Assembly: GCA_963729605.1 (NCBI GenBank)
Contig: CAVSNY010000002.1
Span: forward strand, 224,001 to 288,000
Reading direction: 5' to 3'
Origin: an uncultured Gammaproteobacteria bacterium
GTDB lineage: Bacteria > Pseudomonadota > Gammaproteobacteria > DRLM01
Length of the DNA stretch: 64,000 bases
Below are positions 50,874-59,227 of this stretch, one piece after another. Position numbers and translations under genes: made by a program. Every line of letters begins with the position of its first letter. The stretch's first letter is position 1. A model generated the notes under the pieces. It ran no database searches and was not told the DNA's origin. It saw only the letters and a program-made list of their open reading frames with translations.

Positions 50874-51800
50874 ATGAAAGATCCGGCATTGATTGGCGTC
50901 GCGAGCGGCTGGGGCGCGCGGGATCGGGGTTGTGCGGACGGCCCCGATGCGCTATTGGCGGCGGGGCCGGTAATGTGTTTGGCGGGGAAGGGAGATTCTC
51001 CGCCGCCCCATGATATTTTACGCGCCGCGCCGCCGCCGACCGAACGGGATGTGATCGAGGTGGTGGTGGAGATCAATCAACGTTTGGCGCGTACGGTACG
51101 GCGGCGTATGGAAGAGGATTATTTTCCCATCGTCATCGGCGGCGATCATTCCTGCGCGGTGGGAACCTGGAGCGGTGTGCGTGGCGCGGTGGCCGAGCGC
51201 GGCGGCGTGGGCTTGTTGTGGGTGGATGCGCATATGGACAGTCATGTGCCGCAGACCAGTCCCAGCGGCGCGCTGCACGGGATGCCCCTGGCGTGTTTAT
51301 TGGGGCACGGCTTCGACGGACTGACTCACCTGGCCGGCCCGGCCCCCACGTTGCAACCCGCGCATGTGTGTCTGCTGGGTGTGCGCAGTTTTGAAGTCGG
51401 CGAGGCGGCGTTATTGAAAGCGCTGGGTGTGCGAGTGATTTTCATGGAAGAAGTCACGCGGCGCGGATTCGCGACGGTGTGGCGGGAAGCCTTGGCGCAG
51501 GTCTCACGCGCCAGCGCCGGTTATGGAATCACCCTTGATCTGGACGCGCTGGATCCGCGCGATGCGCCCGGTGTGGGGACGCCTGCCCCTGGCGGTATCG
51601 ATGCCGATGAATTGGTGCGCGCGCTGACCGATGCGCGGCAGGATCGAAACTGGTTGGCCTTGGAGATCGCGGAATACAACCCGCACCTTGATCACGATCA
51701 AACGACATTGCGTTTGCTGCGACGCATCGTGTGCGCGGCAGGTGGGAGAACAGTCGATGAATCCTACGATACACCTCGAACAACACTATTGCGCCCATAA
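50874..51800 (+). CDS. rocF: Arginase
   Basis: GGDHSCAVG; DAHMD; SGALHGMP; LDLDALDP..PGVGT; EYNP; coupled to rocD. Confidence 0.88.
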   Translation: MKDPALIGVASGWGARDRGCADGPDALLAAGPVMCLAGKGDSPPPHDILRAAPPPTERDVIEVVVEINQRLARTVRRRMEEDYFPIVIGGDHSCAVGTWSGVRGAVAERGGVGLLWVDAHMDSHVPQTSPSGALHGMPLACLLGHGFDGLTHLAGPAPTLQPAHVCLLGVRSFEVGEAALLKALGVRVIFMEEVTRRGFATVWREALAQVSRASAGYGITLDLDALDPRDAPGVGTPAPGGIDADELVRALTDARQDRNWLALEIAEYNPHLDHDQTTLRLLRRIVCAAGGRTVDESYDTPRTTLLRP

Positions 51801-52965
51801 TTACGCGCCCTTGCCGGTGGTGCTGGTGCGGGGCGAGGGCGTGTATGTGTGGGACGACCAGGGCAAGCGCTACCTCGATATGATGAGCGCCTATTCGGCG
51901 GTGAGTCACGGACACTGTCATCCCCGCCTGGTGCGCGCGCTCAGTGAACAAGCGGCGCGGCTCGCGGTGGTGTCGCGGGCGTTTTATTCGGATCGGCTCG
52001 CGCCGTTTTTGCAGCGCCTTTGCGAAGTCACCGGTTACGACATGGCCCTGCCCATGAACAGCGGCGCCGAGGCGGTGGAGACCGCATTGAAGGCCGCGCG
52101 CAAATGGGCCTATACCGTGAAAGGCGTCGCGCCGGAGCGGGCGGAGGTCATCGCCTGCGACGGCAATTTTCACGGCCGCACCATCGCCGTGGTCGGCCTC
52201 TCTTCGGAGCCGCAATACCGCGAGGGTTTCGGGCCGTTTCCGCCCGGCATGAAACGCGTTGCCTACGGTGACGCGGCGGCTTTGGAAGCGGCGATCACGC
52301 CCGATACGGCGGCGTTTCTAGTGGAGCCCATTCAAGGTGAAGGCGGCATCGTGATTCCACCGGCGGGTTATCTCGCCGAGTGCGCCCGCATCTGCAAAAA
52401 ACATAATGTGCTGTTGATCTGCGACGAGATTCAAACCGGCGTGGCGCGTACCGGCGCTTTATTCGCGTGTTCGCACGACGGCGTAAAGCCCGATGGGGTG
52501 GTGCTCGGCAAGGCCTTGGGCGGTGGACTGTTGGCGGTGTCCGCCTTCCTCGCGCGGCGCGAGGTGATGGAGGTGTTTCAGCCCGGCGATCACGGCAGCA
52601 CCTTCGGCGGTAATCCGCTGGCGTCGGCGGTGGCCTTGGAAGCCGTCAATGTCATGTTGGAAGACCGGTATGCCGAGCGGGCCGCCGAGTTGGGCGATTA
52701 TTTTTTGGGGTGTTTGCGGCAAATAAACAGCCCTCTGATACGGGAGGCGCGCGGCAAAGGTTTGTTGATCGGTTTGGAAGTGGATCCTGCCAAAGTATCG
52801 GCACGGACCTTGTGTGAGGCTTTGATGCGGCGGGGCATACTCAGTAAGGAAACCCATCACACGGTCTTGCGTTTCGCGCCGCCGCTGGTGATTACCCGCC
52901 GGCAAATAGACGATGCCGTCGAGCGGATTCGAGAAGTTTTACAAACGTTCAGCCCTATTAACTAG
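51757..52965 (+). CDS. rocD: Ornithine--oxo-acid transaminase
   Basis: AHNYAPLPVV; DMMSAYSAVSHGHCHP; MNSGAEAVETALK; DEIQTG; GKALGGG; HGSTFGGNP. Confidence 0.95.
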   Translation: MNPTIHLEQHYCAHNYAPLPVVLVRGEGVYVWDDQGKRYLDMMSAYSAVSHGHCHPRLVRALSEQAARLAVVSRAFYSDRLAPFLQRLCEVTGYDMALPMNSGAEAVETALKAARKWAYTVKGVAPERAEVIACDGNFHGRTIAVVGLSSEPQYREGFGPFPPGMKRVAYGDAAALEAAITPDTAAFLVEPIQGEGGIVIPPAGYLAECARICKKHNVLLICDEIQTGVARTGALFACSHDGVKPDGVVLGKALGGGLLAVSAFLARREVMEVFQPGDHGSTFGGNPLASAVALEAVNVMLEDRYAERAAELGDYFLGCLRQINSPLIREARGKGLLIGLEVDPAKVSARTLCEALMRRGILSKETHHTVLRFAPPLVITRRQIDDAVERIREVLQTFSPIN

Positions 52966-53023
52966 CCCCTAAAAACGGGGTTGAATCGCTTTTAAATTCT
53001 CGTAATTTCATTACGCCGTGCAC

Positions 53024-53039
53024 TGGTACACCCTTTGCA
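53024..53039 (+). promoter_or_regulatory. sigma54 (-24/-12) promoter
   Basis: TGGTAC-ACCCT-TTGCA upstream of the PilZ gene. Confidence 0.55.
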
Positions 53040-53127
53040 TTCTTGCTCTCGCGTCAATAAATGCGCCGTCATTCTGGCGCTTGGGTTATAGTAACGGGAC
53101 TTGCCAGCAGCAAGGAGGAATAGAAGT

Positions 53128-53514
53128 ATGTTCACTGACAGTCGGTCAAACGCGCGATTACCCATTCCGAAATATTTCACCGGCGGCGCCTTTCATCTGG
53201 TCGACGGTGAGCGCGAGTATCACTATATCCGGGCCAATGACGTCTGCGTGTCGGGCATTGGCTTGGACGTGCCCTCGCCGCTGGAATGCGGATCGCAAGT
53301 GAAAGTGCGCTACACCACGGAAGGATGGCGGTCGGATCTGGATGGGACGGTGATGTGGTGCGTGCGCTCGGACCGGGTGGGTGTGAGCATGCGCGCCTAT
53401 CAGAATTTTCGAGTGGGTATCCGTCTCAATCCGAACAATGTCCAGGCCAATGCCCTGCTGTTTCTCACGCTGAAAGATGATTTGCAGCAGTCTCGCACGG
53501 AGGCGAGGGGTTGA
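53128..53514 (+). CDS. Stand-alone PilZ domain protein
   Basis: AAGGAGG RBS; RSNAR (RxxxR) and DVCVSG (DxSxxG-like); GTVMWC; FRVGIRL. Confidence 0.8.
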   Translation: MFTDSRSNARLPIPKYFTGGAFHLVDGEREYHYIRANDVCVSGIGLDVPSPLECGSQVKVRYTTEGWRSDLDGTVMWCVRSDRVGVSMRAYQNFRVGIRLNPNNVQANALLFLTLKDDLQQSRTEARG

Positions 53515-53566
53515 CGCCATTGTGCGTTGTGCCGCGCCCATAAGCGCGCTGCTATTTTAAAAAGGG

Positions 53567-53586
53567 GCGCGGCCATCGGGCCGCGC
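53567..53586 (-). terminator. Probable terminator between the PilZ and CsrA-like genes
   Basis: GCGCGGCC-ATCG-GGCCGCGC stem; CCCTTTTT follows on the minus strand. Confidence 0.5.
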
Positions 53587-53644
53587 GATTCCTCCCCGCC
53601 TCGTTACGGCTGTTGTGTAAGCCGCCGTTTAATCCTCAAGCCGG

Positions 53645-53845
53645 TCAGCACCAATAATGATTATGAAGGACCGTGAATTGGCGAGGTGCCATGACCGCCA
53701 GCTTGATTTCATGTTCTTTTACCCGGCCGACGAAGATCTCGATGCTCTCGTGCGCGAATAGATGATAGGCGGGGAATTGGGGCGAGGTGGGTGTCTTTAA
53801 TTTGATCTCCACCGAGTGGCCTGGTCTGCAAGTGATGATGCGCAT
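53645..53845 (-). CDS. Divergent CsrA/RsmN-like protein (66 aa)
   Basis: AAAGGA RBS; MRIITCRPGHSVEI-(insert)-ESIEIFVGRVKEHEIKLAVMAPRQFTVLH aligns by eye with CsrA [43 protein letters not shown]. Confidence 0.7.
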   Translation of the reverse strand: MRIITCRPGHSVEIKLKTPTSPQFPAYHLFAHESIEIFVGRVKEHEIKLAVMAPRQFTVLHNHYWC

Positions 53846-53918
53846 GGGTATCCTTTCTTTGGGCGAAAGCGGATGCGAATACGGCGGCGGCTTAAAGCCG
53901 GTCTGCACGTTACGATCA

Positions 53919-53961
53919 ATTATAAGTATTACTAAATACATGTCAATATAGCAATACTTAT
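53919..53961 (-). promoter_or_regulatory. Consensus sigma70 promoter overlapped by an inverted-repeat operator
   Basis: Minus strand TTGACA (53946-41), 16 nt, TATAAT (53924-19); arms ATAAGTATTACTA (53922-34) and TAGCAATACTTAT (53949-61), a 12/13 inverted match. Confidence 0.8.
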
Positions 53962-54019
53962 GTTGCAAGCCGCCGATCACTGCTAATAATCGAACCTTAT
54001 TTTTGCAGGTTCGAGTCGG

Positions 54020-54403
54020 ATGGAAATCGGGGAACGTATCAGATTGGCGCGTGAGGCGGTGGTGATGACCAAGTCCGAATTGGCAAGGCGGGTGGGGGTG
54101 CATCCCAGCGCTTGCATACAATGGGAGAGCGAGGGTGGCACCCATCCCAAAGTAGAGCATCTCGCCCAGGTGGCGATGGTACTGGACGTGCGTTTTGAAT
54201 GGCTGGCCACCGGCCGCGGCGAGATGCGTTACAGCCCCGCCGTACACGAGGAGCGTCCGGCTTACAGCGGGGTCGAGCCGCGTTTGAGTTCCGACGAGAA
54301 GCGCTTGCTGGACCTCTACCGCGGCCTCACTCGACGCAAACAGAAATCCTTGCTGGACGTGCTCGACGGCATGGCCACGGGAGGAGCGGACACTTCTTCC
54401 TGA
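54020..54403 (+). CDS. XRE/cI-like helix-turn-helix regulator
   Basis: IGERIRLAR..KSELARRVGV..QWE..LDVRFEWLATGRG; C-terminal LSSDEKRLLDLYRGL. Confidence 0.9.
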   Translation: MEIGERIRLAREAVVMTKSELARRVGVHPSACIQWESEGGTHPKVEHLAQVAMVLDVRFEWLATGRGEMRYSPAVHEERPAYSGVEPRLSSDEKRLLDLYRGLTRRKQKSLLDVLDGMATGGADTSS

Positions 54404-54421
54404 AAAAATCGAGGTTACGCT

Positions 54422-54814
54422 TCATTCGCCGCGGCCGGTGAAACGGGTCATTTGCCGGCGCTGGCGTTTGGTCGGCCGTTCGCCGGGTTGCGGGCCCGCC
54501 ACCGCCAAGAGGCGATGTTGTTCGGCGAGCCGCCGCCGGTCCGCGATGCTCTCCGGTGTTTCCTCATATAAAAGCGCGGCCACGCCGGCGGGACCGCGAC
54601 TCCGTGAGAGGTCTTTGACCACCACGGTGAATTGATACGGCCCTTTGCGAATCTGCAATTCGTCGCCGGGGTGCACGGCGTAGGCGGGTTTGGCTCGGGC
54701 GCCGTTGACGTGGATTTTACCGCCGCCTATCGCCGTGGCCGCGAGGGCGCGGGTCTTGAAGAAGCGGGCCGCCCACAGCCATTTGTCGAGCCGCACTTTG
54801 CCGTCGTCTGTCAT
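54422..54814 (-). CDS. hslR: Ribosome-associated heat shock protein Hsp15 (S4 domain)
   Basis: VRLDKWLWAARFFKTRALA; GGKIHVNG; LYEET; RPTKRQRR. Confidence 0.93.
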   Translation of the reverse strand: MTDDGKVRLDKWLWAARFFKTRALAATAIGGGKIHVNGARAKPAYAVHPGDELQIRKGPYQFTVVVKDLSRSRGPAGVAALLYEETPESIADRRRLAEQHRLLAVAGPQPGERPTKRQRRQMTRFTGRGE

Positions 54815-55217
54815 GCCGGATGTCGTCAATAACGTAACCATGATGGGTGTATCTCAAGATTGGGCGTTCGCCGCGACAACCCATATGACATGAATTGAAT
54901 TTTAATTGCTCCGCGTTGTCGGAGAACGCATGATTATGCGCCTGCCGCGGTTTTTAGTGGCGAGAAATAAAACTTATCCATGATGCGGAAAAGTCCCTGT
55001 TTTGTACATGGCCACTATCACGCCTATACTGATGCATAACCGCACAGGATAATGTTTGGGCGGCGTGGGATTTCCAGCAACGGGTCGATCGACCTAGCGG
55101 AGTCCCCTCTCAATCATGATCGGGTAAACGGCGTCTTGCCCGTCTCTCATTTCAAGTCATTCTTGCCGTCCACGGCGAAAAAATCGACCGACTTTTATAC
55201 ATTTGATGAGGCCACGG

Positions 55218-56417
55218 ATGTACGAAAAATTTTACGGATTGCAGGCGAAACCGTTTCGCCTCAGTCCGGAGCCCCGGTTCTTTTTCACCAGTGCCACTCA
55301 TAAAAGCGCGCTGGCGTATTTACGTTATGGTTTATATCAGGGCGAGGGTTTCATCGTGGTGACCGGAGGCGCGGGCACCGGGAAGACCACGCTGGTGCGT
55401 ACCTTGTCCGGCGAAGTGGCGGGCCGCCGGATGGCGGTCGGTGAATTGGTCAATACTCAATTGCAAGCCCACGATTTGCTGCGCGCTATCGCCGGCGCGT
55501 TCCAACTTTCCCAGCGCGGCACCAAGTCGGATTTGATCAACCGCCTATACGATTTTCTACTGGTGCGCGCTCAAAAAAATCAACGCGTCTTGCTGGTGGT
55601 GGACGAGGCGCACAATCTGCCGCCCGGCTCGTTTGAAGAGTTGCGCATGCTCTCCAATTTTCAACATGGCGAGCGTTCTTTGTTGCAATGCATCCTGCTC
55701 GGCCAGCCGCCGTTGCGGGACGCGCTGGCGCATTCCGCCTTGCAGCAGCGGGTGATCGCCACTCATCATCTCGAACCGCTGCTGCCCGAAGAGACCCGGG
55801 GCTATATTCTTCACCGCTTGCGTTATGTCGGTTGGCGCGGTGATCCCGTCTTCAGCGGCGAGGCGATCGGATTGATCCATCGTTGCAGCCACGGTATCCC
55901 GCGGCGGATTAACGCGTTGTGCGATCGGCTGCTGCTATTCGGTTGCCTGGAGGAGCGCCACGAGCTCGACGCCGCGGCGGTGGCGAAGGTGTACGCGGAA
56001 TGGGTGACCGAGGCGGGTCTGGAAGCGTGCGTGGCCGATGACGCCGCGAACGGCGTCGTGAATCTCGGCGCCTTGGCGCGGGAACAAGCGGCCATTCGAA
56101 TTTCTCCGCGCCCGGCGCCGCCGCACGAAATCATGACCGCATCGGCGCCGTCTTCAGCGACACCAATCCCGCATTCGGTTGCCGTGGCCGACCCGGGCTT
56201 GCCACCGACCCCGTTGCCAGCCGCGCCGCGCCGTTTGATCGCGGCCCAGTCTTTAGTGCGCCCCCTGATCAGCGTGACGGCGGTTGCAGTGGCGGCCCTG
56301 TTGGTTTGGATGTGGTCGCTGAATGGTGGTGTGCGCGATCAACAGGCGGTGCATACGCCGTCGTCGCCCGCTCCGGCGAGCGGGCCGGCGGCGACCATGA
56401 ACATCCCGTCGAGTTGA
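55218..56417 (+). CDS. ExeA-type AAA ATPase with C-terminal TM segment
   Basis: MYEKFYGLQAKPFRLSP; TGGAGTGKTT; VVDEAHNL; EELRMLSN; GIPRRINALCDR. Confidence 0.9.
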   Translation: MYEKFYGLQAKPFRLSPEPRFFFTSATHKSALAYLRYGLYQGEGFIVVTGGAGTGKTTLVRTLSGEVAGRRMAVGELVNTQLQAHDLLRAIAGAFQLSQRGTKSDLINRLYDFLLVRAQKNQRVLLVVDEAHNLPPGSFEELRMLSNFQHGERSLLQCILLGQPPLRDALAHSALQQRVIATHHLEPLLPEETRGYILHRLRYVGWRGDPVFSGEAIGLIHRCSHGIPRRINALCDRLLLFGCLEERHELDAAAVAKVYAEWVTEAGLEACVADDAANGVVNLGALAREQAAIRISPRPAPPHEIMTASAPSSATPIPHSVAVADPGLPPTPLPAAPRRLIAAQSLVRPLISVTAVAVAALLVWMWSLNGGVRDQQAVHTPSSPAPASGPAATMNIPSS

Positions 56418-56581
56418 ACCACGTCTACAGCGAATCATTCTCCGTTGCCGTTATTGTGGTTGCGATCACGCCGCGCTTGCGGGGGATGATTTGCGGCGGT
56501 GGTGTATCCAACGGACTCGGTCCGCGGCGATGGGCGCGCTGCGCTTGACAGTGCCCATGCCCGCGGGCAGACTTTCGAACC

Positions 56582-56683
56582 ATGTGTTTACATTCTCAAT
56601 CGGCCGTCGTCGTAATCGCACCTCGCCTGGCCCGGGCGCGAGTGTGGTGTGCGTTTATGTGGCCGGGGGATGTCTATTGTTAG
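56582..56683 (+). CDS. Putative leaderless leader peptide (33 aa)
   Basis: MCLHSQSAVVVIAPRLARARVWCAFMWPGDVYC*; ATG 8 nt after the -10 box. Confidence 0.55.
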   Translation: MCLHSQSAVVVIAPRLARARVWCAFMWPGDVYC

Positions 56684-56716
56684 TTTCGTAATACAGTCAG
56701 CGCAGCGCGCAATCCC

Positions 56717-56754
56717 AAGGCCACAGAATCCGCGTTCTGTGGCCTTTTTGTTTT
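56717..56754 (+). terminator. Intrinsic terminator 27 nt upstream of the EamA gene
   Basis: AAGGCCACAGAA-TCCGCG-TTCTGTGGCCTT followed by TTTGTTTT. Confidence 0.9.
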
Positions 56755-56781
56755 GGGCGCCGCCATGATCGGGAGGTCAGC

Positions 56782-57666
56782 GTGTCCGTGCCCGCCGCTT
56801 ATCTGGGTATTATCCTTATCTGGTCCACGACGCCGTTGGCGATCAAGTGGAGCGGAGAGGATGTCGGTTTTTTATTCGGCGTCACCGGCCGCATGTTGCT
56901 CGGCGCCGTGTTGTGTCTCGCCTTGATCCGATTGTTGCGGGTCGAGTTGCCCTGGCACCGTACCGCGATACACACCTATCTCGCCGCGGGCATCGGTATC
57001 TACGGCTCCATGCTCTGCGTGTATTGGGGCGCGCAATATATTCCTTCCGGTTTGATCGCGGTGTTGTTCGGATTGACCCCGCTGATGACCGGCGTGCTGG
57101 CGATGGCGTGGCTGGACGAGCGCAGTTTCACGCCCGGCAAACTCGCGGGGATCGCGGCGGGTTTGGCCGGGCTGGCGGTGATCTTCGGCAGCGGTGGTCA
57201 ACATGGACCGCTGGCGGTGCAAGGGATCAGTGCGGTGTTGGTGGCGGTGCTGCTGCATTCGATCAGCAGTGTGCGGGTCAAACAGATCGGCGCCGAGGTG
57301 CCGGCCTTGGCGGTGGCCGCCGGCGGCCTCCTGGTGGCGGTGCCGCTGTATCTCGTCACCTGGTGGCTGGCGGACGGGGTCATGCCGCGGCTGTTGCCGG
57401 CGCGGGCCGTGTTGTCGATTGTTTATCTCGGCGTGGTGGGATCGGCGATCGGTTTCGTCTTGTATTACTACGTGCTCAAGCGCCTCACCGCGGGGCGGGT
57501 GGCCTTGATCACCTTGGTGACGCCGGTCACCGCCTTGCTGCTCGGCAATGTCCTCAATGACGAGCGGCCCGGTCTCGAGGTGTGGGCGGGCACGGCGGTG
57601 ATTTTACTGGGGCTGGTTTTGTATCAGCGCGAAGCGAAGATGCACGCCGACAAGCCGGCGGCGTGA
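56782..57666 (+). CDS. EamA/DMT family transporter
   Basis: About 10 TM in two repeats; IWSTTPLAIKWS; YIPSGLIAVLFGLTP; YLGVVGS; GGGAGG RBS. Confidence 0.92.
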   Translation: MSVPAAYLGIILIWSTTPLAIKWSGEDVGFLFGVTGRMLLGAVLCLALIRLLRVELPWHRTAIHTYLAAGIGIYGSMLCVYWGAQYIPSGLIAVLFGLTPLMTGVLAMAWLDERSFTPGKLAGIAAGLAGLAVIFGSGGQHGPLAVQGISAVLVAVLLHSISSVRVKQIGAEVPALAVAAGGLLVAVPLYLVTWWLADGVMPRLLPARAVLSIVYLGVVGSAIGFVLYYYVLKRLTAGRVALITLVTPVTALLLGNVLNDERPGLEVWAGTAVILLGLVLYQREAKMHADKPAA

Positions 57667-57781
57667 GCACGCAGCGGCCCGGTGTCGCGCGTCACTTGCG
57701 CAGGGCGCGCGCCGTCTCGTTGTAAGCGGAGGGACAATAACTTTATACTCCGGGCACCTTTTTTATTCCGGAGCGCGCGCC

Positions 57782-58987
57782 TTGGTTAATCCTATTCCGA
57801 AACCGACCATCCAATCTTTCAATCCCGCCGTGCGTACCTTGATGGGTCCGGGTCCTTCGGATGTGCATCCACGCATACTGGCGGCCATGGCGCGGCCCAC
57901 CATCGGCCATCTCGATCCGCTGTTCGTCGATATGATGGATGAGATGAAGCTGTTATTGCAGTACGCCTTTCAAACCCGCAACGCCCTCACCATTCCCGTT
58001 TCGGCGCCGGGTTCGGCGGGCATGGAGACCTGCTTCGTCAATCTGCTGGAGCCGGGCGACAAAGTGGTGGTCTGCCAGAACGGCGTGTTCGGCGGCCGCA
58101 TGAAAGAGAATGTCGAGCGCTGCGGCGCGCTGCCCATCATGGTGGAAGATGCTTGGGGCGAACCGGTCGATCCCGAAAAATTGGAGGACGCCCTCAAGGC
58201 CCATCCCGGCGTCAAGGTCGTGGCCTTCGTCCATGCCGAGACCTCCACCGGCGCGCGGTCGGATGTGCAACAACTGGCGGAAATCGCCCGCCGTTACGAC
58301 TGCCTCACCATCGTCGATGCGGTGACCTCGCTGGGCGGCATTCCGCTCAAGGTCGATGAGTGGCAAGTGGACGCGATTTATTCCGGCACGCAGAAATGTT
58401 TGTCTTGCACGCCGGGCCTGTCGCCGGTGAGTTTCAGCGAGCGGGCGGTGGCGCGCATCAAGGCGCGCAAAACCAAAGTGCAGAGCTGGTTTTTGGATTT
58501 GAATCTGGTGATGGGGTATTGGGGCGCCAGCACCAAACGCGCCTATCACCACACCGCGCCGATCAACGCCTTGTACGGTTTACACGAGGCCTTGGTGATG
58601 TTGCAGGAAGAGGGTTTGGAGGCGGCGTGGGCGCGCCATCATCGGCATCATCTCGCGCTGCGCGCCGGGGTGGAGGCCTTGGGTCTGCGCTTCGTGGTGA
58701 AAGAAGATTATCGCCTGCCGCAGCTCAATGCGGTCACCGTGCCGGACGGGGTGGACGAGGCGGAGGTCCGCCGCCGCTTGTTGACGGAGTTCAATCTGGA
58801 GATCGGCGCGGGGCTGGGCAGCCTCGCCGGCAAGGTATGGCGCATCGGTTTGATGGGCCATGCCAGCACGCCGAAGAACGTGCTGTTCTGTTTGGCGGCG
58901 CTGGAAAAGGTATTGAGTGATCTTCAGGCGCCGATTCTCCGCGGCAAGGCGCTGGGCGCGGCGGGGGCGGCGCTGGCCGGGGGGTGA
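57782..58987 (+). CDS. Alanine-glyoxylate / serine-pyruvate aminotransferase (class V)
   Basis: LMGPGPS; VHAETSTG; DAVTSLGG; SGTQKCL; YHHTAP; WRIGLMG. Confidence 0.93.
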   Translation: MVNPIPKPTIQSFNPAVRTLMGPGPSDVHPRILAAMARPTIGHLDPLFVDMMDEMKLLLQYAFQTRNALTIPVSAPGSAGMETCFVNLLEPGDKVVVCQNGVFGGRMKENVERCGALPIMVEDAWGEPVDPEKLEDALKAHPGVKVVAFVHAETSTGARSDVQQLAEIARRYDCLTIVDAVTSLGGIPLKVDEWQVDAIYSGTQKCLSCTPGLSPVSFSERAVARIKARKTKVQSWFLDLNLVMGYWGASTKRAYHHTAPINALYGLHEALVMLQEEGLEAAWARHHRHHLALRAGVEALGLRFVVKEDYRLPQLNAVTVPDGVDEAEVRRRLLTEFNLEIGAGLGSLAGKVWRIGLMGHASTPKNVLFCLAALEKVLSDLQAPILRGKALGAAGAALAGG

Positions 58988-59139
58988 CGCGGAGGGTCAC
59001 AAGTTGACTGAAAGGGCCGGTTTCCGGCGGGCGGCGATGAGAACGTGTCGGCGAATTGGGGCGGACTTGGTTAACAGTTTAAATCGGGGGTTTTCCCTCA
59101 CAAGGTTAACCTTTTGAATATCTGGCCAATAATTATTGT

Positions 59140-59155
59140 TGGCACATAGGCTGCA
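59140..59155 (+). promoter_or_regulatory. sigma54 (-24/-12) promoter
   Basis: TGGCAC-ATAGG-CTGCA; palindrome AAGGTTAACCTT at 59102-59113 upstream. Confidence 0.6.
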
Positions 59156-59227
59156 ATAGTCGGGGCAGAAAACATGAACGATGCCGCCGCCGGGGCGCGG
59201 CCGTAAACAGCTTCGAGGATACAGCCA

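Larger units (their letters stand above)
56545..56754 (+). promoter_or_regulatory. Putative ribosome-dependent transcription attenuator
   Basis: TTGACA-17-CAGACT; uORF 56582-56683; antiterminator pairing 56658-71 with 56712-25; terminator 56717-56754. Confidence 0.75.

Noticed and set aside
53846-54247. N-terminal part of the 200-aa ORF 53645-54247
   Set aside because: Antisense to the XRE gene and crosses the promoter; the real start is ATG 53845 with its own RBS.
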